Origin: Achromobacter sp. MFA1 R4
Lineage (GTDB): Bacteria > Pseudomonadota > Gammaproteobacteria > Burkholderiales > Burkholderiaceae_B
Reading direction: 5' to 3'
DNA: 32,000 nucleotides
Assembly (NCBI RefSeq): GCF_900156745.1
Contig: NZ_LT707065.1
Location: 5,064,086-5,096,085 of the forward strand
Shown here: in pieces, positions 9,597-18,547 of the stretch
Layout of the letters: each line of letters starts with the position of its first letter
How positions within the stretch are numbered: position 1 is the first letter of the stretch
Made by a program: the position numbers and the translations under genes
Notes under the pieces: model-generated
What the model was told of the DNA's origin: nothing
Seen by the model: the letters and a program-made list of their open reading frames with translations, nothing else
Database searches by the model: none

Positions 9597-10380
9597 TTCC
9601 CCGGCCGGCGCCATCGCGCGACCCGTCATGATCCAGGCCCGCAACATCGTCAAGTCCTTCGGCGCGAACCGCGTGCTGGATCAGGTGTCGCTGACGCTGG
9701 AGCAGGGCGAAGTGGTGGCGGTGATCGGCCCGTCCGGCTCGGGCAAAAGCACCTTCCTGCGGTGCCTGAACCATCTGGAAACCATCGACGAAGGCAGTAT
9801 CGACATCGAGGGCGAGACCATGGCCGCCGCCGTTCCCGGCGGACGCAGCCAGTACGCCAGCGACGCGGACGTGCGGCGCATCTGCCGCAAGATGGGCATG
9901 GTGTTCCAGTCGTTCAACCTGTTTCCGCACATGACGGTGCTGCAGAACATCATCGAGGCGCCCATCACCGTAAAACGCCTGTCGCGCGCCGAAATCGTGC
10001 CCAAGGCGGAAGAGCTGCTGCGCAAGGTCGGCCTGCTGAACAAACGCGACAACTATCCCACGCGCCTGTCCGGCGGCCAGAAGCAGCGCGTCGCCATTGC
10101 CCGCGCGCTGGCCATGGAGCCCGACATCATGCTGTTCGACGAGCCGACCTCGGCGCTGGACCCGGAACTGACGGGCGAAGTGCTGCGCACCATGAAGCAA
10201 TTGGCGGATGAGCGCATGACCATGCTGGTCGTGACGCATGAAATGGGATTTGCCCGGGAAGTGGCGCACCGGGTCATCTTCATGGACGACGGCCGCATCG
10301 TAGAGGAAGCGCCTTCCGCCGAATTCTTTGCCGCGCCCAAGCACGCGCGCAGCCGGGAGTTTTTGGCGCACATGCTCTGA
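9577..10380 (+). CDS. Amino-acid ABC transporter ATP-binding protein
   Basis: Walker [10 protein letters not shown], signature [15 protein letters not shown] and Walker [12 protein letters not shown]. The start is ambiguous: ATG at 9577, 9586 or 9628. Confidence 0.9.
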   Translation: MPNMTSNSPAGAIARPVMIQARNIVKSFGANRVLDQVSLTLEQGEVVAVIGPSGSGKSTFLRCLNHLETIDEGSIDIEGETMAAAVPGGRSQYASDADVRRICRKMGMVFQSFNLFPHMTVLQNIIEAPITVKRLSRAEIVPKAEELLRKVGLLNKRDNYPTRLSGGQKQRVAIARALAMEPDIMLFDEPTSALDPELTGEVLRTMKQLADERMTMLVVTHEMGFAREVAHRVIFMDDGRIVEEAPSAEFFAAPKHARSREFLAHML

Positions 10381-10473
10381 GCGGTGCGCTGTCCGGGACA
10401 GGGGACTGGCGTTCGGGGCAGGGTATGGCCGGCAGGCCGATGGCGCCAGCGGCTGCGAATCGCTGGCGTGGCG

Positions 10474-10776
10474 TCAGAGTATGGCTTGCAGGCCTTTGTC
10501 GGCCAGGATGTTGAGAAGTTTCAGGGCGGGGCCTGTCGGGCGCGTGTCGCCTTGCTCCCATTTCCTGATCGTCGAAGCGCTGGTGTGCAGATGCAGCGCG
10601 AAAACGGGCTGGCTAAACCGTAAATCTTCGCGAAGCCGCTTGATGTCCCCAGGGCTGAAATTCCGGACGGGTGCGGGACAGATCGCGTCAAAGTCGCGCA
10701 TGGTGACTTTGTCGATCGACCCCGCCCGGTAAAGCGCGGCAAGATCGTCGCGCAGGGATTCAATGAGTTTGCTCAC
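10474..10776 (-). CDS. higA: HigA-2/XRE-type HTH antitoxin
   Basis: GTG start at 10776 with a strong GGAGGTG SD. The C-terminal HTH is LREDLRFSQPVFALHLHTSASTIRKWEQGDTRPTGPALKLLNIL. It lies downstream of the toxin gene and overlaps it by 17 nt, which is the inverted toxin-first order typical of higBA. Confidence 0.8.
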   Translation of the reverse strand: MSKLIESLRDDLAALYRAGSIDKVTMRDFDAICPAPVRNFSPGDIKRLREDLRFSQPVFALHLHTSASTIRKWEQGDTRPTGPALKLLNILADKGLQAIL

Positions 10777-11140
10777 ACTTCACCTCCAGTAGTACGCCGG
10801 CCTGCAACGCCCCGGATAGCGTGGCCCCCGTTAGGCTCAGAAAGACCTTGCCGGCGAATTGCAGGGCTTTTCGCTCGTCGGGGGTGATGTTGGCCTTGTC
10901 GCTTTTCGGGTAGCCGTGCAAGAAGACATAGCGGCTGCCGATACGGGCGGATAACAGCGTGCGATATCCGTCGCGCTTGCCTCTTCCGGGTCGGGCAATT
11001 CGCAATTTGTAGAGATGACCGCCCAGATCCGCGTCGACAAGGCCGCACTCCATTCCGCGGATTGCGCCGCACAGCGCGGCGTCGGACAGACCTTCTCCTG
11101 CCTGCCATCGGGAAAAATCCCTGCGTTTCAGCACCACCAT
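10760..11140 (-). CDS. higB: HigB-2/RelE-superfamily toxin (COG4737-like)
   Basis: The ATG at 11140 (MVVLKRRDFSRW) has GGAG 9 nt upstream. The core GGHLYKLRIARPGRGKRDGYRTLLSARIGSRYVFLHGYPKSDKANITPDERKAL matches my recollection of the Vibrio HigB-2 pattern (GGLRK.R....GKGKRGG.R.IYY...). Confidence 0.75.
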   Translation of the reverse strand: MVVLKRRDFSRWQAGEGLSDAALCGAIRGMECGLVDADLGGHLYKLRIARPGRGKRDGYRTLLSARIGSRYVFLHGYPKSDKANITPDERKALQFAGKVFLSLTGATLSGALQAGVLLEVKCEQTH

Positions 11141-11159
11141 TGCTGGCCACTCCAAAGTG

Positions 11160-11174
11160 TACCCTTAACGGGTA
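11160..11174. promoter_or_regulatory. Possible higBA operator (short inverted repeat TACCC-N5-GGGTA)
   Basis: The inverted repeat lies 20 nt upstream of the higB start, next to AT-rich -10-like sequence (TAAATATA on the minus strand). The arms are short, so support is weak. Confidence 0.25.
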
Positions 11175-11304
11175 TATTTATGCAGCGCTTCTTTCAAGCG
11201 AGTTCAGAGCAAAACATAAGCTCGGACGCGCACTAAGAGGTCGGCAGGACGACCGTAAGGCGGTCTGATATTGGCGATGACGCCAATGCGGCCGAAGTCG
11301 CACA

Positions 11305-11346
11305 CAAAAAAAGCCGGCAGCCCCGATTGGGACTGCCGGCTTTTTC
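11305..11346 (-). terminator. Rho-independent terminator of icd (bidirectional shape)
   Basis: AGCCGGCAG-12 nt loop-CTGCCGGCT forms a 9-bp GC-rich stem. It is flanked by an A7 run on the plus strand (U7 for the minus-strand transcript) and by T5 on the other side. It lies 40 nt past the icd stop. Confidence 0.85.
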
Positions 11347-11384
11347 CTGCTGGCCCGCTCACGCCTGCCAGCAACGCAGGGCGT

Positions 11385-13853
<2,469 letters not shown>

Positions 13854-14074
13854 CTACGCATTTCGCGGCGGAAATGGTTCTATTTCCTGCTTGAGCTGAA
13901 ATAAACAGGAATAAGCCGGAATAAGCCAATGGCATTTACCGGGGACGGATAAGGGCCGGGCAACCCGCTGCGGTCTGCCGCCCGGATGACAAGCGGCTGC
14001 GGACCCCGCCCGGCGGCCACGCCGATGGCATGCCGCGTTTGACAAAGCCGCCCGTTGAGAGGAAAGTAGCGGGC

Positions 14075-14137
14075 ATGAATTTCCGCGCTGTTCGCATTTC
14101 GCTGATTATTACCATCATTCCTGGAATGGTGGGTTAG
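14075..14137 (+). CDS. Ile-rich leader peptide of an ilvA attenuator (MNFRAVRISLIITIIPGMVG)
   Basis: 20 codons plus TAG, too short for the ORF track. GAGAGGAAAG lies upstream of the ATG. The peptide has 5 Ile, 2 Val and 1 Thr, including the run L-I-I-T-I-I. A terminator follows directly, then ilvA. Confidence 0.7.
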   Translation: MNFRAVRISLIITIIPGMVG

Positions 14138-14161
14138 CGCGCGACCGCAACAGTCACAGCC

Positions 14162-14186
14162 ACCCGCCCCACGAGGCGGGTTTTTT
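14162..14186 (+). terminator. Attenuator terminator upstream of ilvA
   Basis: ACCCGCC-CCACGA-GGCGGGT followed by T6, lying 43 nt before the ilvA ATG. The 5' arm can instead pair with GGTGGGT (14128-14134) at the end of the leader ORF. Confidence 0.7.
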
Positions 14187-14228
14187 GTGGCCGCCTCTGC
14201 CGGGCAAGCCTACCCAAGCAGAGAGTCC

Positions 14229-15800
14229 ATGTCCGCACCATCTCCCACCACGACCCCAGATTTCCAGGCCGGCAACGCCTCGCCCATGGAATACCTTCGG
14301 CACATCCTGACCGCGCGGGTCTATGACATCGCCCGTGAAACCGAACTGGACCTGGCGCGCGGCCTGTCCGCGCGGCTCGGCAACACCGTCCACTTCAAGC
14401 GCGAAGACAACCAGCCGGTGTTTTCGTTCAAGGTGCGCGGGGCGTACAACAAGATGCGCAATACGCCGCAGGCCGCGCTGGACCGGGGCGTGATCACGGC
14501 ATCGGCCGGCAATCACGCGCAGGGCGTGGCGATCTCGGCGGCCCGGCTGGGCGTGCGCGCCATCATCGTGGTGCCGCAGACCGCGCCGCAGGTCAAGGTG
14601 GATGCCGTGCGGGCCCATGGCGGACCGACCGTCACGGTGGTGCAGGCCGGCGATTCCTACAACGACGCCTACGCCCATGCGCAAAAACTGGCGCGGGAAC
14701 AGGACCTGACCTTCGTGCCCGCCTTCGATGACCCCTACGTGATCGCGGGGCAGGGCACGGTCGGCATGGAGATCCTGCGCCAGCACCCCGAGCCGCTGCA
14801 TGCGATCTTCGTGCCCATCGGCGGAGGCAGCCTGGCGGCGGGCGTGTCCACGTATGTCAAGGCGGTCCATCCCGGCGTCAAGGTGATCGGCGTGCAGACC
14901 GAGGATTCCTGCGCGATGGCGCAATCGTTGCGCGTGGGCGAGCGCGTCATCCTGGCCGAAGTGGGCCTGTTTTCGGACGGCACGGCTGTCAAGCTGGTCG
15001 GCGAGGAAACCTTCCGCCTGTGTCGCGAATACCTGGACGAGGTGATCCTGGTGGACACGGACGCGGTGTGCGCGGCCATCAAGGACGTGTTCCTGGATAC
15101 GCGCAGCGTGCTGGAGCCTGCGGGCGCGCTGGCGGTGGCGGGCTTGAAGAAGTACGTGGAGCGGGAAGGCGCGCGCGGACAGTCGCTGGTGGCGGTCACT
15201 TCGGGCGCCAACATGAACTTCGACCGTATGCGCTTCGTGGCGGACCGGGCCGAGGTGGGCGAGGCGCGCGAGGCGGTCTTTGCCGTGACCATCCCGGAAG
15301 AGCGCGGCAGTTTCCGGCGCTTCTGCGGCGTGATCGGCCAGCGCAGCGTGACCGAATTCAACTATCGCATCGCCGATGCACGCACCGCCCACATTTTCGT
15401 GAGCGTGCAGATCGCGCGCCGCGGCGAGGCCGCCGAGATCATGGCCGCGCTGACCACCGAAGGCTTCTCGGCCACCGATCTGACCCACAACGAGGTGTCC
15501 AAGCAGCACATCCGCTACATGGTGGGCGGCCGATCGCCACTGGCGGGCGGAGAGCGCCTGTTCCGCTTTGAATTCCCCGAGCGCCCGGGCGCGCTGATGA
15601 AATTCCTGTCGGCGATGGCGCCCAACTGGAACATCAGCCTGTTCCATTACCGCAACCAGGGCGCGGATTTCAGTTCGGCGCTGGTGGGCATCCAGGCCCC
15701 GGTCGCCGACGACGCGGCGCTGGACGCATTCCTGCGGCAACTGGGCTACGCGCATGCCGAAGAAACGGGCAACGCGGCTTACCGGCAGTTCCTGATGTGA
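14229..15800 (+). CDS. ilvA: Threonine ammonia-lyase (biosynthetic threonine dehydratase)
   Basis: EYLRHILTARVYDIARETELD..KREDNQPVFSFKVRGAYNKM contains the PLP-lysine motif. There are two C-terminal ACT-like regulatory repeats. The ATG at 14229 follows GAGAG. Confidence 0.95.
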   Translation: MSAPSPTTTPDFQAGNASPMEYLRHILTARVYDIARETELDLARGLSARLGNTVHFKREDNQPVFSFKVRGAYNKMRNTPQAALDRGVITASAGNHAQGVAISAARLGVRAIIVVPQTAPQVKVDAVRAHGGPTVTVVQAGDSYNDAYAHAQKLAREQDLTFVPAFDDPYVIAGQGTVGMEILRQHPEPLHAIFVPIGGGSLAAGVSTYVKAVHPGVKVIGVQTEDSCAMAQSLRVGERVILAEVGLFSDGTAVKLVGEETFRLCREYLDEVILVDTDAVCAAIKDVFLDTRSVLEPAGALAVAGLKKYVEREGARGQSLVAVTSGANMNFDRMRFVADRAEVGEAREAVFAVTIPEERGSFRRFCGVIGQRSVTEFNYRIADARTAHIFVSVQIARRGEAAEIMAALTTEGFSATDLTHNEVSKQHIRYMVGGRSPLAGGERLFRFEFPERPGALMKFLSAMAPNWNISLFHYRNQGADFSSALVGIQAPVADDAALDAFLRQLGYAHAEETGNAAYRQFLM

Positions 15801-15813
15801 CTGCGGCGCGGGT

Positions 15814-15853
15814 CGGTGCAGCCAGGCTGGGAGGCGGCTGCACCGCTGTTTTG
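15814..15853 (+). terminator. Probable ilvA terminator
   Basis: CGGTGCAGCC-12 nt-GGCTGCACCG forms a 10-bp stem followed by CTGTTTTGG, beginning 14 nt after the ilvA stop. Confidence 0.6.
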
Positions 15854-15857
15854 GAAA

Positions 15858-15877
15858 AGTAATGTTATTACATTACT
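15858..15877. promoter_or_regulatory. AT-rich inverted repeat AGTAATGT-TATT-ACATTACT (operator-like)
   Basis: Perfect 8-bp arms with a 4-bp spacer. It lies between the ilvA terminator and the DUF1624 gene and is compositionally very unlike its surroundings. Confidence 0.35.
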
Positions 15878-15941
15878 ATGCTGGGTTTTTGCGCGGCGCG
15901 GACGACGGTCCTTCGCGCGCTTTTCACCGCTGCATTCCAAG

Positions 15942-17114
15942 ATGGCTTCATCCATTCCCGTTCCCGCTTCCCCGCAACATTCCCGCCTGCAATCCATCGA
16001 CGCCTTGCGCGGCCTGGTCATCGTGATCATGCTGCTGGACCACGTGCGCGAGACCTTCTTCCTGCATCATCAGGTCGGCGATCCGATGGACGTGGCGGCC
16101 ACGCCGCCGGACCTGTTTTTCTCGCGGCTGCTGGCGCACCTGTGCGCGCCGGTGTTCGTCTTCCTGACGGGCCTGTCGGCCTGGCTGTACGGCGCCAAGG
16201 CGGGCAGCCGGGGTGCGACCGCCGCGTTTCTCGCCAAGCGGGGCCTCTTTCTCATCGCGCTGGAAGTCATCGTGGTGAATTTCGCCTGGACCTTCCAGTT
16301 TCCGCCCACCGTCGTCTACCTGCAGGTCATCTGGGTGATCGGCCTGTCCATGCTGTCGCTGGCAGCATTGCTCTGGCTGCCGCGCTGGGCGCTCGTCGTG
16401 ACCGGCGTCGTGCTGGTGGCGGGCCACAACGCGTTGGACGGGCTGCATTTTGCGGCCGGCCATGCCATGCACGTGCCGTGGGCGGTGTTGCACGACCGCG
16501 GCTGGCTCGAGGTTAGTGACACGTTGCGCCTGCGCACGTCGTACCCCCTGCTGCCGTGGATCGGGGTGATCGCGCTGGGCTATGCGGCGGGCGCCTGGTT
16601 TCAGCCGGGCGTGCAGGCCGGTGTGCGCCAGCGTCGCCTGTGGACGGCTGGCCTGGCCGCCGTGGCCGGCTTTGTGGTGTTGAGGATGCTGAACGGCTAC
16701 GGCCAGGCGCAGCAATGGGCCGTCCAGGACGACGCCCTGCATACGGCGATGAGCTTTCTGAACATCACCAAGTACCCGCCGTCGCTGCTGTTTCTGCTGC
16801 TCACGCTGGGCCTGGGCCTGTGCCTGCTGGTGCTGATCGAGAAGGCGCAATCGGCCGCATGGGTGCGGGCGCTGTGCGTTTTCGGGGCGGCACCCATGTT
16901 CTTCTACCTGCTGCACCTGTACGTGTTGAAGGCGCTGTACCTGGCGGGCGAGGGCATCTGGGGCCTGAACCAGGGCAAGTATTTCGGCGTGGACGGCATG
17001 GGGGCGGTGTGGGCGATCTCGATCCTGCTCGCCGTGGCGCTGTATTGGCCCGTGCGCCGGTTCGGCCGCCTGAAGGCGGCGCGCCGCGACATCGCCTGGC
17101 TCAAGTACCTGTGA
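15942..17114 (+). CDS. DUF1624 (heparan-alpha-glucosaminide N-acetyltransferase-like) integral membrane protein
   Basis: RLQSIDALRGLVIVIMLLDHVRETFF is a typical DUF1624/acyltransferase_3-like N-terminus. The protein has about 9 hydrophobic segments. ATG at 15942. Confidence 0.75.
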   Translation: MASSIPVPASPQHSRLQSIDALRGLVIVIMLLDHVRETFFLHHQVGDPMDVAATPPDLFFSRLLAHLCAPVFVFLTGLSAWLYGAKAGSRGATAAFLAKRGLFLIALEVIVVNFAWTFQFPPTVVYLQVIWVIGLSMLSLAALLWLPRWALVVTGVVLVAGHNALDGLHFAAGHAMHVPWAVLHDRGWLEVSDTLRLRTSYPLLPWIGVIALGYAAGAWFQPGVQAGVRQRRLWTAGLAAVAGFVVLRMLNGYGQAQQWAVQDDALHTAMSFLNITKYPPSLLFLLLTLGLGLCLLVLIEKAQSAAWVRALCVFGAAPMFFYLLHLYVLKALYLAGEGIWGLNQGKYFGVDGMGAVWAISILLAVALYWPVRRFGRLKAARRDIAWLKYL

Positions 17115-17122
17115 GGCCGGCG

Positions 17123-18211
17123 ATGGCGATGCGAAAATTTTCCGCGGGCATCGCGGTTCTGCTGGCCCCGTGGGCGGCCGACGCGCAGCCGGGCGCCGTG
17201 ACGCTGTACGGCGTCGTGGACCTCAGCGTGGCGGGCTTTTCCACGCAGGAGCGCGGCACGGCGATCAATATGCAGTCGGGCGTGCAGTCCGGCTCGCGTT
17301 GGGGGCTGCGCGGCAGCGAAGACCTCGGCAACGGGTTGCGCGCGAATTTCCAGCTCGAAAGCGGCGTCCTTGCCACCAACGGCAAGTCCGCGCAGGGCGG
17401 CCGCCTGTTCGGGCGAGCGGCCTGGGTGGGCGTGTCGGGCGGCTTTGGCGACCTGCGGCTGGGCCGGCAGACGTCGGCGTCTTCCGCCACGCTCGCCGAC
17501 TACGACGCCTTCCTGGCGTCATACCTGATCACCGGCGCGCAGACGACACTGTTGCCCTACAACGCCAATCGCGCCGACAACACCGTGGCCTACTGGACGC
17601 CGTCCGTCGGCGGCTTGCGCGCGGGCGTGGACGCCAGCCTGGACTACGACGGCGGAGGCGGCTTCCAGACCGGCACCACCAACAAGCTGTACAGCGCCGC
17701 GATCGTGTTTGACCGGCCAGGCTATTCGATCGCCGCGACCTACGAAGGCGCGCGCTGGGCCGATGGCACGGCGCAGTCCGCGGCAATGTCAAAGGCCGGC
17801 GCCGATCGCCAGCCCTTCGCCTATACGCTCGCGGGCCGCGCCATGGTGGACGCGTTCACGTTCTACGCCGGCTGGTCCGTGATGCGCAATGGGTCCACCA
17901 TCCCGGCCGTGCAATCGCCCGGCCAGCGCAGCTACTTCCCGGGCAGCACGGTCCACGGCGTGATGGCGGGCGCGACGTGGCGCGCGGGGTCGGGCACCGT
18001 GATGGCGTCATGGCAGGCCAGCCTGCCGGGCGGTGGTTCCCTTGAACGCGACGGCGCCACGCACTCCCAGCAGGTGTATTCGGCGGGCTACGTGTACGAC
18101 CTGTCCAAGCGCACCAACGTGTACGCGATCTACGGCTACATGCGGGGCGCCTGGGACGATCCGTCGTGGCACCAGGCGCAGTACGCGGTGGGAATGCGGC
18201 ACCGGTTCTGA
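17123..18211 (+). CDS. Outer-membrane porin (Burkholderiales OmpC/Porin_4 family)
   Basis: The signal peptide is MAMRKFSAGIAVLLAPWAADA. It starts VTLYGVVDLSV, contains GSRWGLRGSEDLGNGL, and ends in the beta-barrel terminus YAVGMRHRF. GAGG lies 6 nt upstream. Confidence 0.9.
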   Translation: MAMRKFSAGIAVLLAPWAADAQPGAVTLYGVVDLSVAGFSTQERGTAINMQSGVQSGSRWGLRGSEDLGNGLRANFQLESGVLATNGKSAQGGRLFGRAAWVGVSGGFGDLRLGRQTSASSATLADYDAFLASYLITGAQTTLLPYNANRADNTVAYWTPSVGGLRAGVDASLDYDGGGGFQTGTTNKLYSAAIVFDRPGYSIAATYEGARWADGTAQSAAMSKAGADRQPFAYTLAGRAMVDAFTFYAGWSVMRNGSTIPAVQSPGQRSYFPGSTVHGVMAGATWRAGSGTVMASWQASLPGGGSLERDGATHSQQVYSAGYVYDLSKRTNVYAIYGYMRGAWDDPSWHQAQYAVGMRHRF

Positions 18212-18232
18212 CTTGGCGCGGCAAGGGCGTCG

Positions 18233-18261
18233 GCGGGGCCGCCGGGGTCCCGCGTTTGTTT
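18233..18261 (+). terminator. Probable porin terminator
   Basis: GCGGGGCC-GCCGG-GGTCCCGC forms an 8-bp stem with one G-U, followed by GTTTGTTTG. It starts 22 nt after the porin stop. Confidence 0.6.
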
Positions 18262-18320
18262 GGATAGCCACGGCGAAACGGGTGCGCTGCGTCGCGGCTG
18301 ATCGCGTTCCGACGGGCGCA

Positions 18321-18360
18321 CCGGGCCAGATTTGACCCGGCCGGGCCAAATCTGGCCCGG
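18321..18360. repeat. Perfect 14-bp inverted repeat CCGGGCCAGATTTG-N12-CAAATCTGGCCCGG
   Basis: Read directly from the sequence. It is followed by the T-rich TGCGTTTTCTTATTT. Related direct copies of the arm occur at 18395-18410 and 18419-18434. Confidence 0.8.
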
Positions 18361-18547
18361 TGCGTTTTCTTATTTATCAATGACTTGGAAATAACCGGGC
18401 CAAACTTGGCTCGATTTTCCGGCCAAACCGCGGCTTTTCTTGAGCCGCGATGGCGATCGGCTGGCTGATTCGCGCGGGATTCAGCTTCAAGGCCTTGATG
18501 TTGCAGGGGTTTTCTTTGCACCGCTAACGCTGGCACGGATTTCGCAT

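Noticed and set aside
10444-10468. 8-bp hairpin CGCCAGCG-N9-CGCTGGCG between the ABC ATPase and higA stops
   Set aside because: It has no U-tract on either strand, so it cannot be called a terminator with confidence.
14039-14067. TTGACA-17 nt-GAAAGT as promoter of the ilvA leader
   Set aside because: The predicted start would fall at or after the leader SD and ATG, which is incompatible with SD-dependent translation of the leader. The -10 match is also poor, so the real promoter is probably further upstream.
14154-15755. 533-aa minus-strand ORF
   Set aside because: It is antisense to ilvA, has Arg/His/Ala-rich composition and no recognisable domains.
18450-18527. 25-codon ORF MAIGWLIRAGFSFKALMLQGFSLHR upstream of rhs
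   Set aside because: It has no SD and no compositional or functional clue, so it is probably a chance ORF in the rhs 5' region.
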